A DNA stretch of 64,000 bases from Deltaproteobacteria bacterium (GCA_033764095.1 JANRJF010000254.1:12338-76337), one strand, 5' to 3'; positions 1 to 8,938 are shown, counted from the stretch's first letter. A program made the numbers and translations. The notes: generated by a model from the letters alone, not told the origin.

Positions 1-1
1 G

Positions 2-66
2 CTGCCGGCCGGGAAGGTGCACATCGAGCGCTACAAGACGGTGCACGCGGCGCCGCGCCGGGAGTA
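2..66 (+). CDS. 3' end of an unidentified CDS (partial, enters from the left edge)
   Basis: Open frame from the window edge to TAG at 64-66. All third codon positions are G/C, as in the confirmed genes. 21 aa is too short to name. Confidence 0.35.
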
Positions 67-70
67 GGAC

Positions 71-176
71 TCACCACAGAGACACAGAGGCACGGAGAAG
101 ACTTCAGAAGAACTAAAGCAAGATCTTTGTCTTAGTCCTCCGAGCTGCTCTCCGTGCCTCTGTGCCTCTGTGGTGA
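71..176. repeat. REP-like palindromic element between convergent genes (27-nt inverted arms, about 52-nt AT-richer centre)
   Basis: Left arm 71-97 is tcaccacagagacacagaggcacggag. The reverse complement of right arm 150-176 is tcaccacagaggcacagaggcacggag, one mismatch. It sits between two convergent stop codons, so a terminator or REP role is likely. Confidence 0.7.
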
Positions 177-1118
177 ATTCCCGCGGTTCGCGATCACCTG
201 CGCCGCGTTGCGCGCCAGGCCCGCCTGCCCGGGGCGCTCGAAGGCGGTGTCGGCGTAGCGGGCGGCGAAGGTGGCGTCGTCGAGCTGGCGCAGCTCGTCG
301 AGGTCGGGCGCAACCAGCTCGGGGCGCGGCGCGAAGCGCGGCTCGCGGGTCGGCGCAGCGAACTTCTCGTTCCACGGGCAGACGTCCTGGCAGACGTCGC
401 AGCCGAACAGCCACTCGCCGAGCCGCGCGCCGTCGTCGGCACTGAACGGGCCGCGCCGTTCGATCGTCAGGTAGGAGATGCAGCGCCGCGCATCGAGCTG
501 GCGCGCGGCGGCGAAGGCGTCGGTCGGGCAGGCGTCGAGGCAGGCGCGGCAGCTGCCGCAGTGGTCGGTCGGAAACGGCGCGTCCATCGCCAGTTCGAGA
601 TCGGTGAGCACTGCCCCGATGAAGGTGAACGAGCCGAGGCGCGGATGGATCAGCATGGTGTTCTTCGCCAGCCAGCCGAGGCCGGCGCGCTGCGCCAGGG
701 CGCGCTCGGGCACCGGGCCGGCGTCGACGTAGGCGCGCGTTGCCGCGGGCGTCGCGCCGAGCCGCAGCAACGCGTCGCGGAGCACCGCGAGCTTGTCGCC
801 GACGACGCGGTGGTAGTCCTCGCCCCAGGCGTACTGTGCCACCCGCGCCGCGCCAGCCGAGGCCGGCGGCGGATGCCGGTAGCTGAGCAGCACGACCACG
901 GCGCGCTGCGCGCCGACGACGATGCGCGCCGGTGCCGTGCGGCGCGCTGCCTGGCGGGGCAGGTAGGCCATGGTCGCGGCGTAGCCGGCGTCGAGCCAGC
1001 GGCGCAGGGCGCCGTCGCTGAACGGCGCCAGGTCGCAGATGCCGGCCGCCTCGAAGCCGAGCTCGAGGGCCGCCGACTTGGCGGCCGCGGCCAGCGCCTG
1101 CGGGTTTCTTGTTCGCAT
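132..1118 (-). CDS. queG: Epoxyqueuosine reductase QueG
   Basis: The C-terminal 329 aa of the 132..1982 ORF start at MRTRNPQ. They carry two 4Fe-4S ferredoxin-type Cys clusters (CGSCRACLDACP, CDVCQDVCPWN) and QueG-like flanking blocks (MAYL, WGEDYH, LGWLAKNT). Upstream of 1118 the frame is Arg/Gly/Ala-rich and overlaps the hydrolase gene. Confidence 0.85.
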   Translation of the reverse strand: MRTRNPQALAAAAKSAALELGFEAAGICDLAPFSDGALRRWLDAGYAATMAYLPRQAARRTAPARIVVGAQRAVVVLLSYRHPPPASAGAARVAQYAWGEDYHRVVGDKLAVLRDALLRLGATPAATRAYVDAGPVPERALAQRAGLGWLAKNTMLIHPRLGSFTFIGAVLTDLELAMDAPFPTDHCGSCRACLDACPTDAFAAARQLDARRCISYLTIERRGPFSADDGARLGEWLFGCDVCQDVCPWNEKFAAPTREPRFAPRPELVAPDLDELRQLDDATFAARYADTAFERPGQAGLARNAAQVIANRGNSPQRHRGTESSSED

Positions 1119-1160
1119 CCAGCCGGTATGTTCTACCCGCCCAGCGGAGAAGGGAAGTCG

Positions 1161-1946
1161 ATGCCCGACGTGCGCTTCGGAGATCTCGATCTGTACTACG
1201 AGCTGGTGGACTGCTCCGAGCCGTGGCGGCCGGGGCGGCCGCCGCTGGTGCTGCTGCACGGGCTCGGCACCGACCGCCGCATCTGGCTCTACCAGGTGCC
1301 GGCGTTCTGCGCGCGCATGCCGGTGCTGGCGGTCGACCTGCGCGGCCATGGCCGCAGCGGTGCGCCGGCGGGCGAGTGGACGATCGCCGACATGGCGCGG
1401 GACGTCGTCCGCCTGCTGCGCCACCTCGGCGCCGAGCGGGCGCACCTGGTCGGCCTGTCGATGGGCGGCATGGTGGCGCAGCAGTTCGCCCTCGACTACC
1501 CGTACGCCACCGCCTCGCTGACCCTGGTCGACACCGCCGCGCACGTCCCGCCGGAGGCGGCGCAGGCGTCGCTGCGCTACATGGAAGCCAATGCGATGAA
1601 GGACATCGCCGCGACGCGCATCACCACCGCGTTGTCGGAGGCGGTCGATCCCGCCCTGCTGCGCCACTTCATCGAGCAGGTGGCGTTGAACGACAAGGAC
1701 CGCTACCTGCGCGCGGCGCGCGCGGTGTTCGGCTTCGACGCGCGCGCCCGGCTCGGCGAGATCGCCGCGCCGACCCTGGTGGTGCTCGGCGAGGCCGACC
1801 GCACCTTCCAGCCCGAGTGGATGACGGCGCTCGCCACCGCAATCCGCGGCGCGCGCCTGCAGCGCCTCGCCGGCGCCGGCCATCTGAGCAACCTGGAACA
1901 GCCACAGGCATTCAACCGTGCGTTGATGGAGTTCCTCGGGCTCTGA
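1161..1946 (+). CDS. Alpha/beta-fold hydrolase
   Basis: HGLG oxyanion motif, nucleophile elbow GLSMGG, and C-terminal AGHLSNLEQP with the catalytic His. GGAGAAGGGA lies 5-6 nt upstream of the ATG at 1161. Confidence 0.8.
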   Translation: MPDVRFGDLDLYYELVDCSEPWRPGRPPLVLLHGLGTDRRIWLYQVPAFCARMPVLAVDLRGHGRSGAPAGEWTIADMARDVVRLLRHLGAERAHLVGLSMGGMVAQQFALDYPYATASLTLVDTAAHVPPEAAQASLRYMEANAMKDIAATRITTALSEAVDPALLRHFIEQVALNDKDRYLRAARAVFGFDARARLGEIAAPTLVVLGEADRTFQPEWMTALATAIRGARLQRLAGAGHLSNLEQPQAFNRALMEFLGL

Positions 1947-1956
1947 GCGCGCGTCG

Positions 1957-2280
1957 ATGGACGTCTCCGCCCTGCTCGCCAAGCTCGGACCCGACCTCGG
2001 CTTCGGCGGCGTCGCCGGTGCGGTGGTCGGCTACACCGCCAAGAAGGTCACCAAGCTGGTGGCGCTGGCGCTCGGCCTGGTGTTCATCGTCATCCAGGCG
2101 CTGGTCTACCTGAACTACGTCTCGGTGAACTGGGCGGCGGTGCAGTCCGGCGCCGAGCACCTGTGGAGCGACGCGCAGGGCGTCACCCTCGCCGACCGCG
2201 CCTGGGCGATCGTCAGCGCCAACCTGCCGTTCGGCGCCGCCTTTGCCGCCGGATTCGCCCTGGGGTTCAAGCTCGGCTGA
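1957..2280 (+). CDS. FUN14-like small membrane protein
   Basis: 107 aa with Gly/Ala-rich transmembrane segments (GFGGVAGAVVGY, LALGLVFIVIQAL, FAAGFALGFKLG), typical of the FUN14 family. Confidence 0.6.
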   Translation: MDVSALLAKLGPDLGFGGVAGAVVGYTAKKVTKLVALALGLVFIVIQALVYLNYVSVNWAAVQSGAEHLWSDAQGVTLADRAWAIVSANLPFGAAFAAGFALGFKLG

Positions 2281-2325
2281 GGCCGTCGGCCGACCGCACC
2301 CCGCACAGACGGAAAGACGAGAGAC

Positions 2326-4131
2326 ATGGACACCAACGATTCGCTCGCCGTGGCCGGCGTCGCCTGGGACCTCACCCACCTCTACAACGATCCGCAGGAC
2401 CCGCAGGTCGACCGCGACCTGGATGCGGCGCAGGCGCGCGCCGAGGCCTTCGCCGCCCGCTATCGCGGCACCATCGACGTCGCCGGCGGACCGGCGCCGG
2501 AGTGGGTGGCGGCGGCGATGGCCGAGCTCGAGGCGATCATGGAGCTGGCCGACAAGCCGGCGGTGTTCGCCGGCCTGCTGCACGCCGCCGACGCCGGTCC
2601 GCCGGCGCACGGCGCGCTGATCGCGCGCACGCACGAGCGCGGCAGCGACATTCGCAATCTGCTGCTCTTCTTCGACCTCGAATGGCTGGCGCTCGACGAG
2701 GCGCGCGCCGAGCCGGTGATCGCCTCGACCGCCTGCGCGCGCTGGCGGCATCACCTGGCGGCGATGCGGCGCTACAAACCGCACATGCTGAGCGAGCCGG
2801 AGGAACGCTTGCTGGAGGAGACCGCCAATACCGGCCGCCGCGCCTTCATGCGCCTGTTCGACGAGGTGCTCGCCGAGATGCGCTTCACGGTCGACGTCGA
2901 CGGGGCGTCGCAGACGCTGAACGAGAGCGGCGTGCTGGCGCTGCTGCACGACCCGCGGCGCGACCTGCGGCAGCGTGCCGCGCGCAGCCTGACCGCCGGC
3001 CTCAGGCAGCAGGGGCGCGTGCTGACCTATGTGTTCAACGTCATCGTCCAGGAGCACGCGCAGTCGGATCGCCGGCGCGGCTATGCGACGCCGGTGGCAG
3101 CGCGTCACCTGGCCAACGAGATCGACGCGCCGACGGTCGACGCGCTGATCGCCGCCTGCGAGGCGAACGCCGACCTGGTGTCCGACTACTATCAACTGAA
3201 GCGTGGGCTGCTCGGCCTCGACCAGCTGGCCGACTACGACCGCTACGCGCCGCTTGCCGCCGACGCGGAGTTGGTGACCTGGCCGCGCGCGCGCGACCTG
3301 GTGCTGGAGGCGTACGGAGAGTTCTCGCTCGAGATGCGCGACATCGCCGCGCGCTTCTTCGCCGAGCGCTGGATCGATGCCGAGCCGCGCGACGGCAAGC
3401 GCGGCGGCGCCTTCAGCTCCAGCGCGGTGCCGAGCGCCCACCCGTACATCCTGCTCAGCTACCTCGGCCACCCGCGCGACGTGATGACGCTGGCGCACGA
3501 GCTCGGGCACGGCGTGCACCAGTACCTGGCGCGACCGCGCGGCCACCTGCAGGCCGATACCGCGCTCACCACCGCCGAGACGGCCAGCATCTTCGGCGAG
3601 ATGCTGGTGTTCGACGCGCTGCGCCGCCGCCCGCAGCCGCCGCGCGCGCGCCTGACGCTGATCTGCAGCTTCATCGAGGAGGCCTTCGGCACGGTGTTCC
3701 GCCAGATCGCGCTGACCCGCTTCGAGCAGCGCCTGCACGAGGCGCGGCGCGGCGAGGGCGAGCTGTCGAGCGAGCGGCTCGGCGACCTGTGGATGGAGGT
3801 CAACGCCGCGCTGTACGGCGACTCGGTGACGCTCACCGACGACTACCGCTGGTGGTGGGCGTACATCCCGCACTTCATCCACTCGCCCTTCTATTGCTAC
3901 GCCTACGGTTTCGGCGAGCTGCTGGTGCTGGCGCTCTACGAAATGTACCGCGAGCAGGGGCGCGACTTCGTGCCGCGCTACCTGGAGCTGCTCGCCGCCG
4001 GCGGCAGCGAGGCGCCGGCGACGCTGCTCGGCCGGCTCGGCGTCGACGTCAGCCAGCCAGCCTTCTGGCAACGGGGGCTCGGAGTGATCCGTCGGCTGGT
4101 GGAGGAGGCGAAGCAGTTGGCCGCTGCCTGA
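2326..4131 (+). CDS. M3-family oligoendopeptidase (PepF-like)
   Basis: 601 aa with the zinc motif HELGHGVH, a downstream E in ETASIFGE, and overall PepF/M3B-like layout. Confidence 0.85.
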   Translation: MDTNDSLAVAGVAWDLTHLYNDPQDPQVDRDLDAAQARAEAFAARYRGTIDVAGGPAPEWVAAAMAELEAIMELADKPAVFAGLLHAADAGPPAHGALIARTHERGSDIRNLLLFFDLEWLALDEARAEPVIASTACARWRHHLAAMRRYKPHMLSEPEERLLEETANTGRRAFMRLFDEVLAEMRFTVDVDGASQTLNESGVLALLHDPRRDLRQRAARSLTAGLRQQGRVLTYVFNVIVQEHAQSDRRRGYATPVAARHLANEIDAPTVDALIAACEANADLVSDYYQLKRGLLGLDQLADYDRYAPLAADAELVTWPRARDLVLEAYGEFSLEMRDIAARFFAERWIDAEPRDGKRGGAFSSSAVPSAHPYILLSYLGHPRDVMTLAHELGHGVHQYLARPRGHLQADTALTTAETASIFGEMLVFDALRRRPQPPRARLTLICSFIEEAFGTVFRQIALTRFEQRLHEARRGEGELSSERLGDLWMEVNAALYGDSVTLTDDYRWWWAYIPHFIHSPFYCYAYGFGELLVLALYEMYREQGRDFVPRYLELLAAGGSEAPATLLGRLGVDVSQPAFWQRGLGVIRRLVEEAKQLAAA

Positions 4132-4282
4132 GGGCCGGCAGCCGGGCTTCCGCCGGCGCTGACGCTACATGCGGCGGACGGTTTCCCGATCGACCAGGCG
4201 ACCCGGCCATCCAGCGCCTGACAACCCCGGTACTCACCCAGGGTCGACTTGACCGGGCCGATCAGCGATAAATCGCGCCGGT

Positions 4283-5215
4283 ATGGCGACGGCGATCGTC
4301 GGGCTGGCGCATCATCTGCCGGCGGATCAAGCGGTGGGCGAGGTGCGGCGGCCGGTTGCCAGCGATCCGCTCGGCCCCAGCGACCTGGCGCTCGAGCCGG
4401 CCGGGAAGGCATTGGCGCAGGCGGGTTGGGCAGTGGGTGACCTCGACCTGGTGCTGTTCGCCACCATGACGCCGGACGTCACCTTCCCCGGCGCCGCCTG
4501 CTTCTTCCAGCACAAGCTGCAGGCCGGCACGGTGGCGGCGATGGACATTCGCGGCCAGTGCGCCGGCTTCCTGATGGGACTGATGATCGCCGACGCCTAC
4601 CTGTCGGCGGGCATCTACCGACGCATCCTGCTTGCCGCCGGCGAGGTGCACTCCTCCGGGCTCGACTACAGCGAGCGCGGCATCGCTACCGCCGAGCTGT
4701 ATGGCGACGGCGCGGCGGTGGTGGCGCTGGCCGGGCGCGACGGTGCCGGCCTCGAGGCGGTGGTCTGCCACAGCGACGGCCGCCATCACGAGAAGTTCTG
4801 GATCGAGTACCCCTCCAGCCGCCAGCACCCGTTGCGGGTCACGGTCGAGGACCTGCGCGCCGGCAAGCACTACCCGCGCATCGACCGCGACCATGTCGCC
4901 GCCTTTGCCGCCGAGCAACTGCCGGCGGTGGTGCGCGAAGCCGTCGGCAGGGCCGGTGGCGGGCTGGAGAGCATCGACGCGTTCGTGATCAGCCACATCC
5001 TGCCGGGCGTGGCCGAGCGCGCCGCCGGCGCGCTCGGGCTGTCGGCCGACCGCGTCGTCGACGCCGGGGCGGCGCACGGTCACCTCACCGCGGCCACCCT
5101 GCCGGTGGCGCTGAGCGAGGGGCTGGCGAGCGGTCGCCTGGCGCGCGGCGCGCGCGTCTGCGTAGCGGCGTGCGGCGCGGGCTACGCCTGGGGCGCCGCG
5201 GTGCTGCGGCTCTGA
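4283..5215 (+). CDS. Atypical KAS III-like (FabH-like) protein, Cys-His-His, lacking the FabH N-terminal block
   Basis: GQCAGF active-site Cys loop. His is retained (SHILPG versus PHQAN) but the FabH Asn position reads HGHLTAAT (versus YGNTTAAS in the neighbour). The N-terminal DDWIxxRTGI block is absent. Confidence 0.7.
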   Translation: MATAIVGLAHHLPADQAVGEVRRPVASDPLGPSDLALEPAGKALAQAGWAVGDLDLVLFATMTPDVTFPGAACFFQHKLQAGTVAAMDIRGQCAGFLMGLMIADAYLSAGIYRRILLAAGEVHSSGLDYSERGIATAELYGDGAAVVALAGRDGAGLEAVVCHSDGRHHEKFWIEYPSSRQHPLRVTVEDLRAGKHYPRIDRDHVAAFAAEQLPAVVREAVGRAGGGLESIDAFVISHILPGVAERAAGALGLSADRVVDAGAAHGHLTAATLPVALSEGLASGRLARGARVCVAACGAGYAWGAAVLRL

Positions 5216-5232
5216 GGGCGGAGGAGGAGCGT

Positions 5233-6234
5233 ATGCGCAACGCTCGCATCACCGGCATCGGCCGCCATGTCCCGCCGTTGCTGGTCACCAACGACGACCT
5301 CAGCCATCGCATGGAGACCAGCGACGACTGGATCCAGCAGCGCACCGGCATCAAGCAGCGCCACTACAGCGAGGGGCGCGTCGGCGCCGCCGACATGGGC
5401 GCCGCGGCGGCGCGCGAAGCGCTGGAACGCGCCGGGCGGCGCGCCGACGAGATGGACTGCGTCATCTTCGCCACGCTGAGCCCCGACTACGAGATGCCGT
5501 CCAGCGCCACGGTGCTGCAGGAGCGCCTCGGCATCGGCGGGATGCCGGCGTTCGACGTGCGCAACCAGTGCTCCGGCTTTCTCTACTCGCTCGCCACCGC
5601 CAACGCGTTCATCAAATCGGGGCGCTTCGAGCGCGTCCTGGTCGTCGGCGGCGAGGTGCACTCGACCGGCATCGACATCACCACGCGCGGCCGCGACGTG
5701 GCGGTGATCTTCGGCGACGGCGCCGCGGCGGTGGTGGTCGAGCCGTGCGACGACCCCAAACGCGGCATCCTCACCACCCACCTGCACGCCGAGGGCAAGT
5801 TCGCCGAGAAGCTGTGGCTGGAGTGCGCCGCGTCGCGCGCGCGGCCGCGCCTCACCGAGGAGATGGTGTCGGGTGACGTGCCGCGCGTCTTTCCGAAGAT
5901 GGAAGGCCGCTACGTGTTCAAGCACGCGGTCGAGCGCTGCACCGAGGTGATCCAGGAAGCCCTCGATGCCACCGGCTACACACCCGACGACGTCAGCCTG
6001 CTCGTTCCGCACCAGGCCAACCTGCGGATCAACCAGATGGTCGCGCTCGGCTTCTCCTGGCCGGAGGAGAAGGTGATGAACAACATCCAGCGCTACGGCA
6101 ACACCACCGCCGCCTCGATTCCGCTGGCGCTGTACGAGGCGATCGAGGCCGGTCGCGTGCACGACGGCGACCTGGTCTGCCTGGCCGGCTTCGGCGCCGG
6201 GTTCACCTGGGGCGCCATTCTGATCCGCTGGTGA
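5233..6234 (+). CDS. fabH: 3-oxoacyl-ACP synthase III
   Basis: Canonical motifs TSDDWIQQRTGIKQRH, NQCSGF, VPHQANLRI, YGNTTAASIPLAL, GFGAGFTWG. GGAGGAGG RBS precedes the ATG at 5233. Confidence 0.9.
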   Translation: MRNARITGIGRHVPPLLVTNDDLSHRMETSDDWIQQRTGIKQRHYSEGRVGAADMGAAAAREALERAGRRADEMDCVIFATLSPDYEMPSSATVLQERLGIGGMPAFDVRNQCSGFLYSLATANAFIKSGRFERVLVVGGEVHSTGIDITTRGRDVAVIFGDGAAAVVVEPCDDPKRGILTTHLHAEGKFAEKLWLECAASRARPRLTEEMVSGDVPRVFPKMEGRYVFKHAVERCTEVIQEALDATGYTPDDVSLLVPHQANLRINQMVALGFSWPEEKVMNNIQRYGNTTAASIPLALYEAIEAGRVHDGDLVCLAGFGAGFTWGAILIRW

Positions 6235-6725
6235 GCATGCGCCCGGCGGCGCTGGTCTTCGAGCCGATGGTCGCCGCGGATCTGCCGCAGGTGATGGAGC
6301 TCGAACGGCTGGCGTTTCCGGTCCAGCCCTGGACGCCCGGCCTCTTCCTGCACGAGCTCAAGCTCGACTTCTCGCGTCTCGAGCTGGCGCGCACCGCCGA
6401 CGCGGCGCGCCAGCTGGTGGGCTACGCCTGCTGGTGGCTGGTGGGCGACGAGGTGCACATCCTGAACGTCGCCGTGCACCCCGACACGCGCCGCAGCGGC
6501 GCCGGCCGCGCCCTGGTGCAGCGCATCCTCGATGACGCCGCGGCGCACGACGCGAGCAGCGTCAGCCTGGAGGTGCGGCACGACAACGCCGCCGGCGCGG
6601 CGCTCTACCGCGCCATGGGGTTCAGCAGGATCGGCCTGCGCAAGAACTACTACGGCAAGGGCGAGGACGCGGTGATCATGGAGCGGAAACTGCGTGACCA
6701 GTCACCGGTGACCGGTGACCGGTGA
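6231..6725 (+). CDS. rimI: Ribosomal-protein-alanine N-acetyltransferase (GNAT, RimI-like)
   Basis: GNAT core (ILNVAVHPDTRRSGAGRALV, LEVRHDNAAGAALYRAMGF, YYGKGEDAVIM). The GTG start overlaps the fabH stop by 4 nt; an alternative ATG lies at 6237. Confidence 0.8.
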   Translation: MSMRPAALVFEPMVAADLPQVMELERLAFPVQPWTPGLFLHELKLDFSRLELARTADAARQLVGYACWWLVGDEVHILNVAVHPDTRRSGAGRALVQRILDDAAAHDASSVSLEVRHDNAAGAALYRAMGFSRIGLRKNYYGKGEDAVIMERKLRDQSPVTGDR

Positions 6726-6727
6726 CC
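6694..6727. repeat. Heptamer tandem repeat (GTGACCn)x4-5, left arm of an inverted-repeat pair
   Basis: gtgacca gtcaccg gtgaccg gtgaccg gtgacc. Positions 6708-6727 are the exact reverse complement of 7014-7033. The rimI stop codon lies inside it. Confidence 0.85.
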
Positions 6728-7026
6728 TACGATCGCGGGATGCGTTTGGCGGCGGCGGTCAACCCCTCCAGCATTTCGAGCAATTGGCGGCAGTTGTCGT
6801 CGATGCGCTCGAGGAACATCTCCTGGTCGGCGGTGAGCGCGGCACCCTGCGCGATGCGCACCAGGTCGACGAAGCCGAGGATGTTCGCCACCGGGTTGCG
6901 CAGGTCGTGATCGAGCCCCTTCAGCACCTCGGCCAGCGGGTCGCCCTGGTCAGCCATGCCGGCCCGGATGACACGCGGGGGCACTCGGAACAAGCCCGAT
7001 TTCACTGGCTGCCGGTCACCGGTCAC
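6727..7026 (-). CDS. Stand-alone HisKA/DHp-like domain protein (no ATPase domain)
   Basis: H-box LDHDLRNPVANILGFVDL followed by one further helix-like segment, and no HATPase_c. GTG start at 7026 lies inside the repeat; an alternative ATG at 6957 gives 76 aa. Confidence 0.55.
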   Translation of the reverse strand: MTGDRQPVKSGLFRVPPRVIRAGMADQGDPLAEVLKGLDHDLRNPVANILGFVDLVRIAQGAALTADQEMFLERIDDNCRQLLEMLEGLTAAAKRIPRS

Positions 7027-7034
7027 CGGTCACG
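7001..7034. repeat. Heptamer tandem repeat (CCGGTCA)x3, right arm of the inverted-repeat pair
   Basis: ccggtcaccggtcaccggtcac at 7012-7033. Its reverse complement matches 6708-6727 perfectly over 20 nt. Confidence 0.85.
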
Positions 7035-7180
7035 CATTCTCCAAGCGCGTGGAATGCCGTCACCTTGACCCCCCTGGGGGGCGCGGGCTATGTCGCCCGA
7101 GGACGTGCGGATGAGCAATCGGCAGACAGCTTCGCCGCGTGGCGACGAGTTCGGTGATGGCAGTGGCTGGCGCTGGCGGG

Positions 7181-8929
7181 ATGAAGCATCGGCTTGAGGG
7201 GCTACTTCAGCACGCGTTGAACCGAGCCAAAGAGGGGGGAGCGCTGAAGTTGGACAGCCTCCCCCCTTTGCTTTTGGAGGTCCCCAAGGACCCCACGCAC
7301 GGTGATCTCGCGTCCACGGTGGCGCTCGGCCTGGCGCGCCCCGAGCGCAAGGCGCCGGCGGCGATCGCCAAACTGATCGTCGACCACATCGAGGATCCCG
7401 ACGGGATCCTGGCGGCGGTGGAGATCGCCGGGCCGGGGTTCATCAACTTCCGCTTCTCGCCGCGCTTCTGGGCGCAGTGCCTGGCGGACGTCGAGCGCGA
7501 CGACTTTGCGCGGCCGAACGTCGGCCAGGGGACGAAGATCCTGATCGAATTCGTCAGCGCCAACCCGACCGGTCCGCTACACGTCGGCCACGGCCGCGGC
7601 GCGGTGCTCGGCGACGGCGTCGCGCGTCTGCTGGCCTACGCCGGCTACGACGTGACGCGCGAGTACTACGTCAACGACGCCGGCAAGCAGGTCGAGACGC
7701 TGGCGCGCTCCGCCTACGCGCGCCTGCAGCAGGCGTGCGGCATCGAGGCCGAGCTGCCCGACGACGGCTATCCGGGCGACTACCTGCGCGACCTGATGCT
7801 GGCGCAGCGCGACGCGCTGCTGGCCGAGCTCGCCGCCGGGCTCGGCGAGGTGGTGCCGGGTGTGTTGCGCGCGCCGGCGACGCCGCTCGACGAGGCGGCG
7901 AGCGACGCCGCGCGTTCGCTGTTGGCGCGCGCCGGCGAGCACGGGCAGGCGCTGGTCGGGCGGCGCGCCGCCGCCTGGCTGCTCGACCAGATCAAGGACG
8001 ACATGCGCGCGCTGGCGGTCGAGATCGACGTCTTCGTCAGCGAGCGCGCGCTGCACGAGCAGGGCGTCGTGCAGCGCGCCCTGGAGCAGCTCACCGCCGC
8101 CGGATTCCTCTACGAGAAGGACGGCGCGCGCTGGGTCGCCTCCGAGCGCTTCGGCGACGAGAAGGACCGCGTCGTCGAGCGCAGCAATGGCGAGCTGACC
8201 TACTTCGCCGCCGACATCGGCTACCACCAGCAGAAGCTGGCGCGAGGCTTCGACCAGCTGATCGACGTCTGGGGCGCCGACCACCACGGCTACATCCCGC
8301 GTGTCGCCGCCGCCATCGAGGCGCTCGGCATGGCGCGCGAGAAGTTCCAGGTGATCATCGTGCAGCTGGTGCGCCTGACGCGCGGCGGCGAGCCGGTGCG
8401 CATGGGCAAGCGCACCGGCGAGTTCGTCACGCTGCGCGAGGTGGTGGACGAGGTCGGCGCCGACGCGACGCGCTTCTTCTTCCTCATGCGCAAGGGCGAC
8501 AGCCAGATGGAGTTCGATCTCGCGCTGGCCGCCAAGCAGTCGTCGGAGAACCCGGTCTTCTACGTCCAGTACGCGCACGCCCGCATCTGCACGCTGTTCG
8601 ACAAGGCCGCCGCCGCCGGGGTGACCGTGCCCGCCGCCGTCGCCGCACCGCTCGAACTGCTCACCGAGGCGGAGGAGCAGGAGCTGGTCAAGCTGCTGGC
8701 GCAGTTCCCCGACGTGATCGAGGACGCGGCGCGCGAGCGCGAGCCGCACCGCATCGTCTTCCAGCTCATCGAACTGGCCGGCGCCTTCCACCGCTGCTAC
8801 AACCGTCACCGCATCCTCGACGTCGAGCCGGCGCTGCGCGAGGCGCGCCTGGTGCTGGCCGGCGCCGTGCGACGGGTGTTGCGGATCGGCCTCGAGCTGC
8901 TCGGCGTGCGGGCGCCCGAGGCGATGTGA
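7181..8929 (+). CDS. argS: Arginine--tRNA ligase
   Basis: Class I signature ANPTGPLHVGHGR, a KMSK-like MGKRTG, and the C-terminal anticodon-binding block (YVQYAHARI). ATG at 7181 was chosen over the upstream GTG at 7139. Confidence 0.92.
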   Translation: MKHRLEGLLQHALNRAKEGGALKLDSLPPLLLEVPKDPTHGDLASTVALGLARPERKAPAAIAKLIVDHIEDPDGILAAVEIAGPGFINFRFSPRFWAQCLADVERDDFARPNVGQGTKILIEFVSANPTGPLHVGHGRGAVLGDGVARLLAYAGYDVTREYYVNDAGKQVETLARSAYARLQQACGIEAELPDDGYPGDYLRDLMLAQRDALLAELAAGLGEVVPGVLRAPATPLDEAASDAARSLLARAGEHGQALVGRRAAAWLLDQIKDDMRALAVEIDVFVSERALHEQGVVQRALEQLTAAGFLYEKDGARWVASERFGDEKDRVVERSNGELTYFAADIGYHQQKLARGFDQLIDVWGADHHGYIPRVAAAIEALGMAREKFQVIIVQLVRLTRGGEPVRMGKRTGEFVTLREVVDEVGADATRFFFLMRKGDSQMEFDLALAAKQSSENPVFYVQYAHARICTLFDKAAAAGVTVPAAVAAPLELLTEAEEQELVKLLAQFPDVIEDAAREREPHRIVFQLIELAGAFHRCYNRHRILDVEPALREARLVLAGAVRRVLRIGLELLGVRAPEAM

Positions 8930-8938
8930 GGAGGGGCG

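Noticed and set aside
1912-4071. Very long alternate-frame or antisense ORFs in the supplied track. Examples: 1912-4071(-), 7577-9625(-), 8982-10988(-), 17051-19558(-), 24213-26159(-), 26198-27946(-), 32132-35371(-) upstream of 32407, 49153-52017(-), 58786-61209(-), and many 60-400 aa ORFs rich in R/A/G/P.
   Set aside because: They overlap genes with clear family signatures on the other strand or frame. They have Arg/Ala/Gly/Pro-dominated composition with no motifs, and are the expected by-product of near-saturated GC3, where stop codons are rare in all frames.
7221-7290. GGGGGG / CCCCCC run pair inside argS (gagggggga...cctcccccctttg), resembling the trpG-trpD palindromic element.
   Set aside because: It lies within the normal-length ArgS N-terminal domain just before the conserved PKDPTHGDLAS block, so there is no evidence of an insertion. 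The resemblance is limited to homopolymer runs.
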